NCBI GenBank assembly: GCA_973895155.1
Contig: OZ316891.1
Location: forward strand, 16,767,651 to 16,831,650
Reading direction: 5' to 3'
From: Marsupella aquatica
Taxonomy: Eukaryota > Plantae > Marchantiophyta
Length of the DNA stretch: 64,000 nt
Shown: positions 12,869 to 24,071 of the stretch, one piece after another
Layout of the letters: each line of letters starts with the position of its first letter
Numbering within the stretch: the first letter of the stretch is position 1
The notes under the pieces: model-generated
Told to the model about the DNA's origin: nothing
What the model saw: only the letters and a program-made list of their open reading frames with translations
The model's database searches: none
Program-made: the position numbers and the translations under genes

Positions 12869-14329
12869 TGTCATGGGGATTCTATGTTTAGTAAGTTCCT
12901 CCTAAGTATAGCTTAGTAGTATAGGATAGTAGTTTAAATTCTCGCATATGCAGTCTATAGTGTGCATGCTACAGTGCACAACCTACAGTGTGCATGCTAC
13001 AGTACACGGTCTACAGTATGCATGCTATATTGTTCGATCTACAGTGTACGATCTACAGTGTGCATGCTACAGTGTGCATGCTACAGTGTACGATCTACAG
13101 TGTGCATGTTACAGTGTACGATCTACAGTATGCATGCTATAGTGTGCATGCTACAGTGTGCATGCTACAATGTACTGTCTACAGTTGCTCCGCTCACGTA
13201 ACTACAGTACTAGCACACTTACTTGCCTTGGATGTGTGACACATGGCTTCCATCCGTGTGCCATGCTTGATCCGTGTGCTTGAGATGTGAGCACTATAAA
13301 TAAAGAGGAGAGGGGCTCTCTCCCCTCACTCCCCATTTTTCATCAACTAAGTTGTGAAGTCTTAAAAATCCATTGGACTTGATGATCTCTTCTATGAATA
13401 TAACCCTTATGAAGTAGACCCACTCATGCACTCTTGCTTAGAGCTTTGGCTCGGCCAGAGATATTTTGTATGAGTCGGACCTTCAGAAAGTGTTGTCATT
13501 TGATAGGAGATGGTTATTAAGTTCTAAAGAGTTGAAAAGTGCTCAACAATGCCTTGACATCATATGCTCCCTTTTGGGTGAAATCCTTATGAAGTAGACC
13601 CACTCATGCACTCTTGCTTAGAGCTTCGGCTCGGCCAGAGGTATTTTGTATGAGTTGGACCTTCAGATAGTATTTTCATTCAAAAGAAGATCAACCTATT
13701 AAGATAAACATCTGCATGTATATACTTAGAGTTAACTCAATGCATGATATTTGTTTGAAATGAATGATCTTTTCGTTGAATGATTCTATCTCTTGTCATT
13801 AGAATAAAAATTAGTTGGATGGAATATATTTGATAGTACGATAATGCCTAGACCTGTACCTATTCTTCCTCTCCCTAATCCTTTCCTTATTAGAATTCAT
13901 GTACTCCAAAAAGAGATAATGCGCCAGCATATGACTTTTCACTTTGGAGAAGCATTTGCAACTGTGGTATTAAATTCAATAGAGCCAATTGTATACCCTT
14001 ATGTAGTTTACGGGCAGGATTGGGCTTGCACAATCTTTATCTTGTATTGAGATGGATCTCAACAAACCTCCCTCCGATGAACCTCCTGTTTCTTTCTCGT
14101 TGGGAGATATTTGTTTTGTAACTCGACCCAAGGTAGCTGCCAAGGAGGCAATAGTCCATAGGTATGGAGAAAAGGGTTATGATGTTGTGCTTTCATCCAC
14201 GGAACCGTTCCTTATAGTGTCTGCTACCCAGTCTAGAATAATAATCATGATCTTAACTTAAACTCTCTCTTGACACTAGCAGCCATAGGCCCGGTGCTTC
14301 CTCAAGAACCACATTTTTCCCCCCAGACA
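12869..14329. mobile_element. Solo LTR, family E (1461 bp)
   Basis: Termini TGTCATGGGG...CCCCAGACA. 4-bp TSD ATGT (12865-12868 and 14330-14333). Family-A sequence is continuous across it. Confidence 0.8.
12955..13185. repeat. 14-bp minisatellite, about 16.5 units (CTACAGTGTGCATG / CTACAGTGTACGAT)
   Basis: Tandem units read directly in exact 14-bp register. Confidence 0.9.
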
Positions 14330-17300
14330 ATGTTCACAAGAACATCCTCCACCCCAAGCATGCATGCTATCTGAAGACCCAGGGGTTTGAGCACCTCGCC
14401 TCTCTCCCTTGGAACGGAAGCAGGTATTACGGGCAGGATATGACGGAGTTCATTCACTCTCCTGGGGGCAAGGGAGCTAAATACTAGTCATCTAGCTTCC
14501 CGGCCGAGGGGGTAGTGGACAATGGGTTCTTAATGAGGATGTGCCTCATCCCGGAGGTAGCAAAACGCCTAGAGTTCCAGCGGTAGCCCTCCACATGATG
14601 GAACCCAGAGGAGAAATATCGGTCGCTCAGGTCATCGAGGTGGAGAACTATCGGCCCAGGAAGTGGGCTCTCTTCTTCGTCAAGAAGTTCCACGAGGAGA
14701 TGGAGCGGAGAAGGAAGACTTTGTACCTTTGGCGGAAAGGCGTACTTCGCTAGCCACGTCAAAATCATCCTCGAGTGGTACGCTTGTTTTGACCGCCAGA
14801 GCCTCCCGCGTCTCAACAAGCCTGAGCTGACCCCGCCAAAATGGGTGTTCCTAGCCCAAGTAAGGCGACCGCAGCCCGAGGCCATAAGTCTGGCAACTGC
14901 AAGTCCTGCTACCCCGGCCCCGCAACCCGCCGCTGCTGCCCCGCCAGGCATACCCATTGACGTTATCACGACCTTAGACACGATCAATCGGGACAATGCC
15001 ATCGAAGTCAGGCCGGATGAAGCCGTACTCAAAGTAGATGCCACAGTAGCCGGGAAGATTCCTCCACCCCCCGCGGTTGTGCAGGAGAACCACCCATCTC
15101 TAGTGGGACCTGCCCGAATCCAGAAGGACACAGTCTAGACCATCCGGAACTCTTTGCGCCGGGCACATTTTTCAACGGTTGTTGGGAGATTTCTCGCAAC
15201 AGATCTCTCGGGACACCGGGGAATACATGGCCCGGAGGGTGGCCTACTTCTTCAACCAGAAGTTGGTTGTGGCAGTAAGGGCAAGACATGCACAGGCAGA
15301 GATCGCGCAGAGAATAGAGCGATATCGGGTTGAGTGTGCCTACCTGAAGGACAAAGTGGCAACCCTGGAGGCTGAACTCCAACAACTACGGCCTCAAGTA
15401 ACGGCCACGGAGGACCAGGTCGCTGAGGCTAGAGCCCAAGCCGCCTTAGCAGTACAGGCCGGGCTCAGAAAGGACGTCGAGATTGCGCAGCTCCGGACCA
15501 AGATTGACGGTTTGCAGGGGCAAGCCGTCAGTTGGCAAAAGGAACTGGAGGAAGCTGACTCCAGGTCTCAACGGGACACAGCCAAGATTGACACCCTGAA
15601 GGCAGAGGTGGCGCGGCTTCAAGGAGAAGTCACAAAACAGGCCCAGTTGGTGGACAAGCTGATGAGCAACACCCAGCAATTGGAGGAGGCATGCCAGGAG
15701 GCCGTGGAAGAGGTAGACGCGGCGAAGCGGGAAAATGAATCTCTGCTGGACCAGGTCCAGCTACTCAAGCAGGATGCCGACAGGCTTAGAAGGCAGCGGG
15801 ATAGCCGCTCCCACTCTGGCGGCTCTGGCAAGCGTGCCAAGCATTAGCGGCGGAGTAGGATTAGAGTAGAGCTAGGAATAGCTAAATTAGGCTATAGGGA
15901 CAAGCACCTACCCTAGTTAAAGCAGCACTGCCATGTCGTACAACCTGCGTAGATTAGGATCTTCTATTAAGACAAGCCATTTTCCGGCCTGACAGCCAGC
16001 TTAGTTAGGACCTTAGTTAGCGAATCTTCGGGCGCAAGGGCACTCCGTTCCTCGGCCCTTAGTATTTAGCGCACCCCTCGGTAGAGGCAGGGGGATTTTT
16101 AGTCTCAGTGTTGGACATCCACGGTATGTGCGGGGAGTCCCAACCTCTAGGAGTGAAAGAGTACCAAGGGAGGGTGTAGGACTAAGCTTGCTAGGCAAGT
16201 GCGGAGCCGGGCTCCATTGTAGTGTACATCCTCGGCCTTGGACCTGTTCATTCCAGGGCTTTCGGGTCAACTAAGTGTACACATATGTCTCCTATGTAGT
16301 AAAATCCTTTCCCACTATTTCCTTTGTGTAAATCAAGATTGTATGCTTGTGCGTATGTATATGTGTGAATCTCATGTATAGGTGCCAACGCTTGGCCAAA
16401 AACACTACCCAAGCCATGCACAAGGTGCAGCTTGCGGGTAAGTGGTTGCAAGCCCGGGTTTAGTACCTATACCATCAAATCCGGATCAAAGGCGGACAAC
16501 ACGAAGGCTTAGAAGCCCGTAAGCCGGGGTCGATCCTGCTATCGACTGAGGTACGTTCCAGCGGTGAAACACAAACCATACCTAAGAGGTGTTCGTATAT
16601 GACAATAGGCGCACTTAGCGCTAGTTTATGTGATTTAGGTGCATTCCGTGCCTCCCTCCCTACCCGAACCCTCATATTGACAAAGGATGTGCCTGTCTAA
16701 GCCGAAGCCCGGGTTAAGGCCTAGGCTGACAACGTGACATGAAGCCAAGCACTTAAATACTACGCCTTGTTTCTTCAGCCGCTCTGTTTGGTTGTCGGCT
16801 CGCCGCTGTAAGTTCTCCATCTTCCTCTTGCTTTCCTACAACTCCTCCTGTACTTCATCTAGGTCCTTGCGTGCCTCCTCCAGCTCCTTTTGGGCTTCCT
16901 CCCATTCCTTCTTTAAGGTAGCCCTCTCCTCCTGGGTTGCTCTTAGCTCTTTGTCGAGCTCCGCTACGACCTCAGACTCCATTTTATTCATCTTGGCATA
17001 AGTTTGATCGAGCTGGTCGTCTTTCTCACGCAGGTTGGCCTTGAAGCTTGTCGTCAGGGATGCAAGCTCCTGGTGCAGCGCAATAATCCCTTGATAGGAT
17101 TTCCCTAACTCGGCCTCCTTCTACTCAAGGGCTCCGCGGATATCCTTGAGTTCCCCCTTCAACGCCCTTTCCCTTCTCTGAGTCTCCGCCATGGCCCGAT
17201 TGGGGGGATCTCTTCGTGACAGCAAATAGCAAACAACAAACAACAAACAGTAAATAGCAAACAACAAAACTCATACAAGCAAATAAGCACCCAAAAAAAG

Positions 17301-17969
17301 ACACTGAAGGATAAGAAAATATTGCCACATATATTGGACAGGAAGCGGCCATTGACTACATTTACACTAGCGTCGAGTGCTATAAGGAAAACATTTGAAT
17401 AAAAACCTCTTTGAACTACCGGCTATAGTAATAGCGTCGGGCGCTACTCTAATCCGACACGTCACGGCGTTCTTATTTAGTGTCGTTGTTCTCCACAAAC
17501 GGGTAAATAAAACAAGGAAAACTAAAGACCAGATCCACAACCACCACTCGACTCTGAGCCCGATTCAGAACCGCTACTTTCTGATCTATCAGTGGACTCT
17601 GCTTCGTCGTCCACATACTTGGATTTTGCAATATCATCTACGAAGTGATTCTGCACAAACTTTTTATCTGAGCCTCTCCTGAGTCTAAGACCCTTACTCT
17701 CCCAAGTAAGCGTCCTGACTGAATCTGCCCGTCGTGCCGCCTTTTCAGCATAAGAGGGGAGAACAAATGGCTTCTCCGGGGTCTATACAACGTTCCTAGA
17801 GACGTTCTTTCAAAGTTGAAAATGCCTTCGAAGATTCCACTCTGACCTGAGAATTTGAACTGGAGTTCTTTAGTTGAAGTCGGGAAATCGGGCAAATTTT
17901 CTAGACAAAAGGGAGTATAGGAGTTCTTTGGAAAAAATTATACAATGAGAGAAAGAAAGCTAAAGAAAA

Positions 17970-20900
17970 TTACTCTTCTGACTCTTCACTGTCCTCATCT
18001 CCAGATCCAAGGTCCACCACATTCTTCGACACCTCATCATCTTTAGATTGCTGAGAAGCATTGCCACCCTCACCCTCGTCTTCCGAATCAAAATTTAGAA
18101 TAGCACGGAGCCTGTCCTGCTTCTTACTTCCAGGAATCTTCTTAGGAGGAGTTGGTGCAACCACTTCTTTGTTCTGTAAAAGATCGAGGAAGACCTTACC
18201 GGAAGTATCAACAAACTCTGGCCGATTTTCCAGCCCAACAACAAAGCAACCAGAATAATCTCCAGCCACAAACGTACTACCGGAACCTACTGTCCAGTCC
18301 ATAATGATATCTCCAGGAAGAGTCACCAATTCCAAAATAGTTTGCATGAAACCCACAGGCAAGCGTGAATTTCCTGCAAATTGGAGCTCAGGAGTCGGGT
18401 CATGTCGCGGCAACAAAAACCCAATAATGTTAGTGACGGAAGGGTCTTCTTCATTCGATAGTGGCCGGAACTTGGGGTCTTTCGGGACCCTTCCCTTTGT
18501 CGAAATGCGGCAAAATATATTAAGAGTAAGTGTGAATATCTGCAACACAGTTTCCCAATGAAGGCAGTATAAGAAAACAGACACATATATTAGCGCTTGG
18601 CGCTAGTCAACCCTTCATCCTTACGAAAGATAAGTGAATTGTAGATATAGCGAATGCTAATAGTAGCGTCGGGCGCTAGTATGTGCAAGAGGAATTGTTA
18701 CCTGAGTATCAGATCGGGGCCTATACATTGGTGTAGTCATGACCACATGGTGGGTTGAAATACACTGGAAACACTTAGAATCCTGGCAAGCCGCAATCAC
18801 TTCAGATACCTGATCATAGTCTCCTCTGTGTAAAATTGCAAGTAGGCCATCGTCTGCCAGGAACGGCTCCATGGCTCGGAAGAAAGAGCTGGGAATAGTG
18901 TAATCCTGAAGGTTCCACTTGGGAACCTTCCGATCAAGAAGTGTTGGTTTTAATCCAGTGGGAATGTAGATGAAACCAGCATCCACACCAAAGCCCCTCT
19001 CTTTTCCTCCATGAATTACTCCCTTCTCTCTATCTCCTGACTTTACCAATTCCTTTCCCCAGGCCTCAACTTTAGTAACCCACATGGGCTTCATCCCCTT
19101 GTTAAATACCGAATCATAAAATTTGTTTAAATTGGACTCCACAAAATAGTGTCTAGAACACCTTCGCTTAAAATTCCCGACATCTCTCTGGAGTCCATAG
19201 GAAATAACGTCTTGAGTAGATGATGCTGCTCTATCCTCACCGGCGCCTCTCTTTTTCTTTTTCTTTGTGCTAGTTGCGTCAATAGGGACAATGGATTTTC
19301 CAGCACCATCCGGGGTCCCTTGATCCGGGGTTTCTTGAGCTCTAGTGTTTGCCTCCGATGCCTGAGGAGTTGCATCATTCTTCCCTTTGGCAGCCGGGAC
19401 CTCCGTGTCGGACTTTCGACCTCCTGTTAGGCACAAAAACTTGCATGAGTCCAACCTTTCAGACTAGCGCCAGGCGCTATTAATCAAAGGAATTTCCAAA
19501 TGTAACTCCTGCATAAGCAACGCCAACAAGTAACCAAAAAGCGCTTAGACTACTCACTTTTCTTGAAGGACCTTGTGGAGTCACTTGGTGCAGCTGACTC
19601 ATTCTTTGCCTTTGCTCTTGGCTTACGACTTCGGTCAACGTGCATGACAAGAGACTCACAATTCTTTTGTAACTCAGAGGCAGATTCGTCAACATCAGAC
19701 TGGAGACCTTGCTTCGTTGCAGTCACATAGTTGGCAGGGATCTGGGACTTCTGCAACTTCATGAAGGCATCCTTCTCAGCTTCGTCGAACGGTAAATCCC
19801 ATTTGTCTGTGTAGAGGTACCATGGACAGTGAAGTCTCTCCCACTCCGACAATGAACGTGGTGGAAACTTTCCCTCCGCTGGGTACATCGAATACAGGTC
19901 AAAAATAGCGTCTCCCTCTTCAATAGACACCCATTTCTGAAATGCAGCCGGGTATGCCCATAGAGTGTCAGGAGATCTAAGCTCCATCCACATGTAAAAC
20001 CGGTATAGATATCGTTTGGCTCTCTTCCGGATCCGCTCTGTGTAATCTTCCTTGTCGGCATATTTGGAAGGCCACAAGTTGTTGAAGAATTTTGCCTTGA
20101 CAAGATCCCCAAAGTTTCTGAATTCATCGAGAATGATCTTAAGCATGGCCTCTATTGACTCACACCCAGACTTTGTGAGACGGTCAGCCGGCATCCGGTC
20201 ATAAATCTGTTTGAAGGAAGTGTGAAGCATTCCAGTTGCAATTCCCTCCACAATATTCCAAGTATGCCATGTATGGCACCACTGCTTCATAGGCTCGTCG
20301 TTGACACTTGCAAGATGGAAAAACTGTTTCCGAATCTCGGGAGTGCAGTGGGCTACTAGAAGGGTGCACCTCAATTTTGGATCTAGGTATGAAACAGCAG
20401 TAAACAACCTGGCTCGATCCATTGTGCATACAACTGTGTCTGGCTTCTTCTCCCGTTTGTTCTTCTTAGTTACGGGATACATCTCAGCACAGGTTCCCAA
20501 ATAATCTCCAAAATCCGGATGAAGTAAAGGGGTGATGTTCATCACTTTGATCGACCAATCTTTGGTCGCCTCCTTCATCATTGCCTCATGCCTCTTTGTG
20601 GTCTCCTCTTCTGACCAAGGAGCCCCTTGAGCTTTGGCTAAAGCCATATCAGACTTAAATTGATTTGAGTAAGACTTGATTTTGTCCACACACAGAATGT
20701 AGATGAGAGTATCCTGTGGCATTTTATGTGTAAACCAAGACCCCTTTCTTGTCTTCTTTTGGATCGCCTCAAACTTTGCCATGTTTGCGCTGTCGATGAG
20801 TGGCTTATAGTGATCAAGATCACGCGACAGAATTTGGGAAATTCTGTCCGCGTCAAGAATCCAAGAAGGCTCGACGACTGCTTGTCCAAGCCTGGATGCA

Positions 20901-21581
20901 ATGAAAAGGAATTAGTAGCGCCGGGCACTAGCAAAAATTGGGGAATGAACACTTTTGCAAAGCATGTTTGGTCCAAAATGAATGACCAGGGTTACAACAG
21001 TTAACGAATAGAACTTACTGGTTCACGGTGTGCATTGCCGCCTCGAGCTCAACTAGCGAACCTCTGTCACCATTGAAAATGATGCAAATCACATGAGGAT
21101 GATACTTCAAGTTGTCCGGATTCTCCCTGGTGTTGATTGACCAGGAGTACAATCGATGATTTCCGTCAAACACACAAAACATTTTATCTTTTAGAATATG
21201 GAACGTTGGGTCCGCATCACACTCTTCCTCAAACTTGTCGTTCTTTGCGACCCAGATTGGATCCCAAGAGTCCCGGATATCGCTGGTGCATATCTGAGGA
21301 ACCCCATCGGCATTCGCAGGCTGAACGTAGAAAGGCATCCCAATGCGCGAGTTGTACTCGGTGACCCAGAATGATTCTTTCAACTTCTCAATCGATGCAC
21401 TTTCTTTCTGTAAGGTTCGAACAACCTCCATGGGGAGCAATCTACAAAGAGGAATTTGAGGTGGCTCCTTATCGAATCCTCGAAAATCCTTCTCGAACAA
21501 CAATGCGTGCTTTGATATTACCTCATCCATTGATAAGCCAATGTCACTAACTTCACCCATGGAGACCTCCTTAGGGTCCAT
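17970..21581 (-). CDS. Spliced ParB/Srx-domain plus DNA amino-methyltransferase-fold fusion protein, 1062 aa (exons 21581-21019, 20891-19558, 19423-18702, 18539-17970)
   Basis: Three GT-AG introns join four ORFs in frame with no stops (3189 nt). N-terminus has IPLCRLLP..VR, KLKESF, FDGNHR and terminal VN (ParB-like). C-terminus has RLPVGFMQTILELVTLPGDIIMDWTVGSGSTFVAG..SG..VVGLE (motifs X/I of N6_N4_Mtase). Upstream VDAGFIYIPTG and FLADDGLLAI occupy the motif IV/VI positions (beta-class order). Confidence 0.8.
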
Positions 21582-22879
21582 TCTCCCTCTCCTTGACCTC
21601 GGGTAGGGCTATGCAGATTCAGGTTTGGAAGTTGATAGGGATGCAGTCGATCAAGTGACGCGACGGGTGTATATTGAACCAGCGAATGAAGACTGAGAGG
21701 ACTCAGAATGACCACCATCAGCCTCCCCCATTCTCGTATCACCCAGCCAAAAGTTGTCGTGGAGAGCGACTCGACCACCCGACACTGTCGTACGCGCCGT
21801 GCAGTTCTTGTGACAATCACGTCTCAAAATGTACGGGACCAATAAAGGACGCACATACGCACTTGAAAAACTTGTACAGTCCGAGGTCTGAGCGCTTAGA
21901 CGGACTAAATTATCCCAAACGAGCGATCTCCACCTCGTATTAAGACACCGATACAATGGACCCACCCATTCGATTACAACGGTCCCAAGTACAGATGGCA
22001 TTCTCTGATTGGACTTTCATCCCAGACAAAAGCAAAAAGGGTTCCGTGAACCTCAATCTACTATAATATTACCGTTGGAAAGTGACCGTTGGAACCACAT
22101 CAGTGTTGGTAGTTGTGGATAGCGCCAGGCGCCATTATACAACATACCTTCAAATGTATCTGAAAAACCGTCTTCATGTAGATACGGGCAGTACTGTCAA
22201 TACTATTCTCTATAAATTTTCCAATTTTGTGCAGGTGTTGACAAGCCAACTTTAGTAGCGCTCGGCGCTAGTATTCAAATAAATGATGAAATCGGAGTCC
22301 AATGACAACAAACATGACCACATGAACCCATTCATTCAACGAATATTCCAATGAATTACAATAGCGCCTGGCGCTATTAAAATGCACATCAATTGAACAG
22401 AATTTGTTGAAATAAAAGTAAAAAATAACTCCAAACGGGTCTGACTTGTGATTCCTTTAATTAATAGCGCCCAACGCTATCAAAAACAATTTAAAGATAA
22501 GACATGTCACGACAGTGTTAAGGACACTTTGTTTCTCATAATAGCGCCGAACGCTACTAAAAACATTGATAGCAAACGAGTGTTTACAACAATTTCAAAG
22601 AAATCGATCAGGTTTGCATTCAGAAATACAATGCTAACACTGGAGTAGAACCGGAAATTAAAGCTTGGTATTCTGAATTCAAAAGCATTGACACCGATGT
22701 AAAAATGAACGGTTGTGCCGTTCATATACAAAATGTTACAGTACACTAGAAATCCGGCATACGATGAAGGAACGGTATGCATTTTCTATCGGAAAAATGT
22801 GTGGAAACAGATCCTATCAACCTCGATGGATCCTCCAAGTCTCTCCAGCACTCGAACGATATGCTCTGACAACGGGAAA

Positions 22880-23308
22880 TCAGTCTTCCCACCAACTTGG
22901 CTTGTACGCATCGGAGTCGTCATTCGAGTCGCTTGATCCATACCACACAAATCCTTGCCTACTCGGTGATGAGTCCCCGCTCGAAGAATGATCACTCTTA
23001 GTGGATGAAGAAGGCTCGGAGACACCCGTGCAGATAGTGTCGGCTCTCGGACGGCCGACTAAAGCAAGGGCGATATCCCTAGCGGGAACAGAAGTCGGGC
23101 CGCTTGGATTTGGCCGACTGGCTCCTTCGCTGTGGCCTGCAGGTGGGGCATTCTTCGTCTTCGAGATGAGTTTGCCCTTCTTCGAGATTGGAACCGTCAT
23201 CCTCTCGGCATTCGGCCGAGGCGGTAAGCTATTTGATGCGGGGGTCTCCCGGTCGGTGTCGCTTGGGACAAGTGCCTCCTCCTTTGCCTTCCCTCGTGGA
23301 GGTGCCAT
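22880..23308 (-). CDS. Small S/P-rich ORF (142 aa, MAPPRGKAKE...) in the MULE; separate gene or upstream exon
   Basis: Open frame with basic and low-complexity content on the same strand as the ParB-MTase gene. No recognisable domain. Confidence 0.35.
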   Translation of the reverse strand: MAPPRGKAKEEALVPSDTDRETPASNSLPPRPNAERMTVPISKKGKLISKTKNAPPAGHSEGASRPNPSGPTSVPARDIALALVGRPRADTICTGVSEPSSSTKSDHSSSGDSSPSRQGFVWYGSSDSNDDSDAYKPSWWED

Positions 23309-24071
23309 TGAAAGTGAGGATGAGAATGAGAACAAGAAGCGCAGACAAGAATGCGAACGAGGACAAGAGCGCGAACTAGGACGAGAATGAGAAACGAGGA
23401 CGAGAACGAGAACAAGAACGCGCACGAAGCAAAATAGAACCACTGGGCCCAAAAGCAAGAACAAGAACCACGCGCCCCAAAGATGAGCCACAACTGTGAC
23501 TCAGTGAAGAATGGCTCAACAATGAGGTTATCGGAGAAGAACGGCGAGATATAAGGAGAATTCGCACTTGGTCCAGGGTACCCACTTCGAAGAGGACCCT
23601 CTGAGAGCACTTTCGGAGACGCTTCCTTTCTGATACATTTGGACCCGGGCGGATCGGATTCACAAAGATCCAGTGGAGATCTTCAAGTGTGCCAACTTAA
23701 TGACTCGTATTGTATCGCATTATCGTACTTTTCCTTCCATTGAATGTTTTCAAGTCCATTGAAATAGGTAGCGCCAGGCGCTATTATTAATTGCCTTCGT
23801 ACTCCTCACCCAGAGGTAGCGCCAGGCGCTATTATTATTGGCATTCGTAGTCCTCACCCAAGAGTGTTTTACACTTAGAGGTAGCGCCAGGCGCTAGTAA
23901 CTATGAACCCAAATCTTGCCATTGGTAAGACGACAAAATATCATTGATGGAGTGCGTCCAAATCTATAACGACTCTATAGTGAGAATGAAACGTTTACTT
24001 CTCGTACTCGAATCTCATGATAAACATATTTCATTTCGCGCGGGGCAAAGGCATATCCCTCTTTTGAAGCC

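Larger units (their letters stand above)
12735..15847 (+). pseudogene. Family-A LTR-encoded ORF (interrupted copy)
   Basis: Homologous to 48657-50488. Split by element E and by deletions. Coiled-coil C-terminus at 15179-15847. Confidence 0.7.
1019..16739 (+). mobile_element. Ty3/Gypsy LTR retrotransposon, family A (non-chromovirus, Athila/Phygy/Selgy-like), degenerate; 5' LTR start not in window
   Basis: 1019-2242 matches about 15518-16739, and both end ACGTGACA. PBS, gag with CCHC knuckles, then PR-RT-RNaseH-INT order, PPT and 3' LTR. No chromodomain seen. Inserted into a family-B LTR. Confidence 0.93.
11869..16739 (+). repeat. 3' LTR of family A (contains solo LTR E and internal deletions)
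   Basis: Starts TGTGATGCC and ends ACGTGACA. Both termini match the TSD-flanked solo copy at 36072-51729. Confidence 0.9.

Noticed and set aside
12955-13185. CRISPR-like array or Cys/His-rich repeat protein
   Set aside because: Head-to-tail 14-bp units with no unique spacers. The overlapping ORFs are by-products of the repeat.
17638-17895. Additional small MULE gene
   Set aside because: 85-aa frame with no motif support. It cannot be distinguished from chance without homologues.
17970-21581. Bacterial or phage contamination (ParB plus MTase)
   Set aside because: The gene has three in-frame GT-AG introns and sits within a TSD-flanked MULE nested in an LTR.
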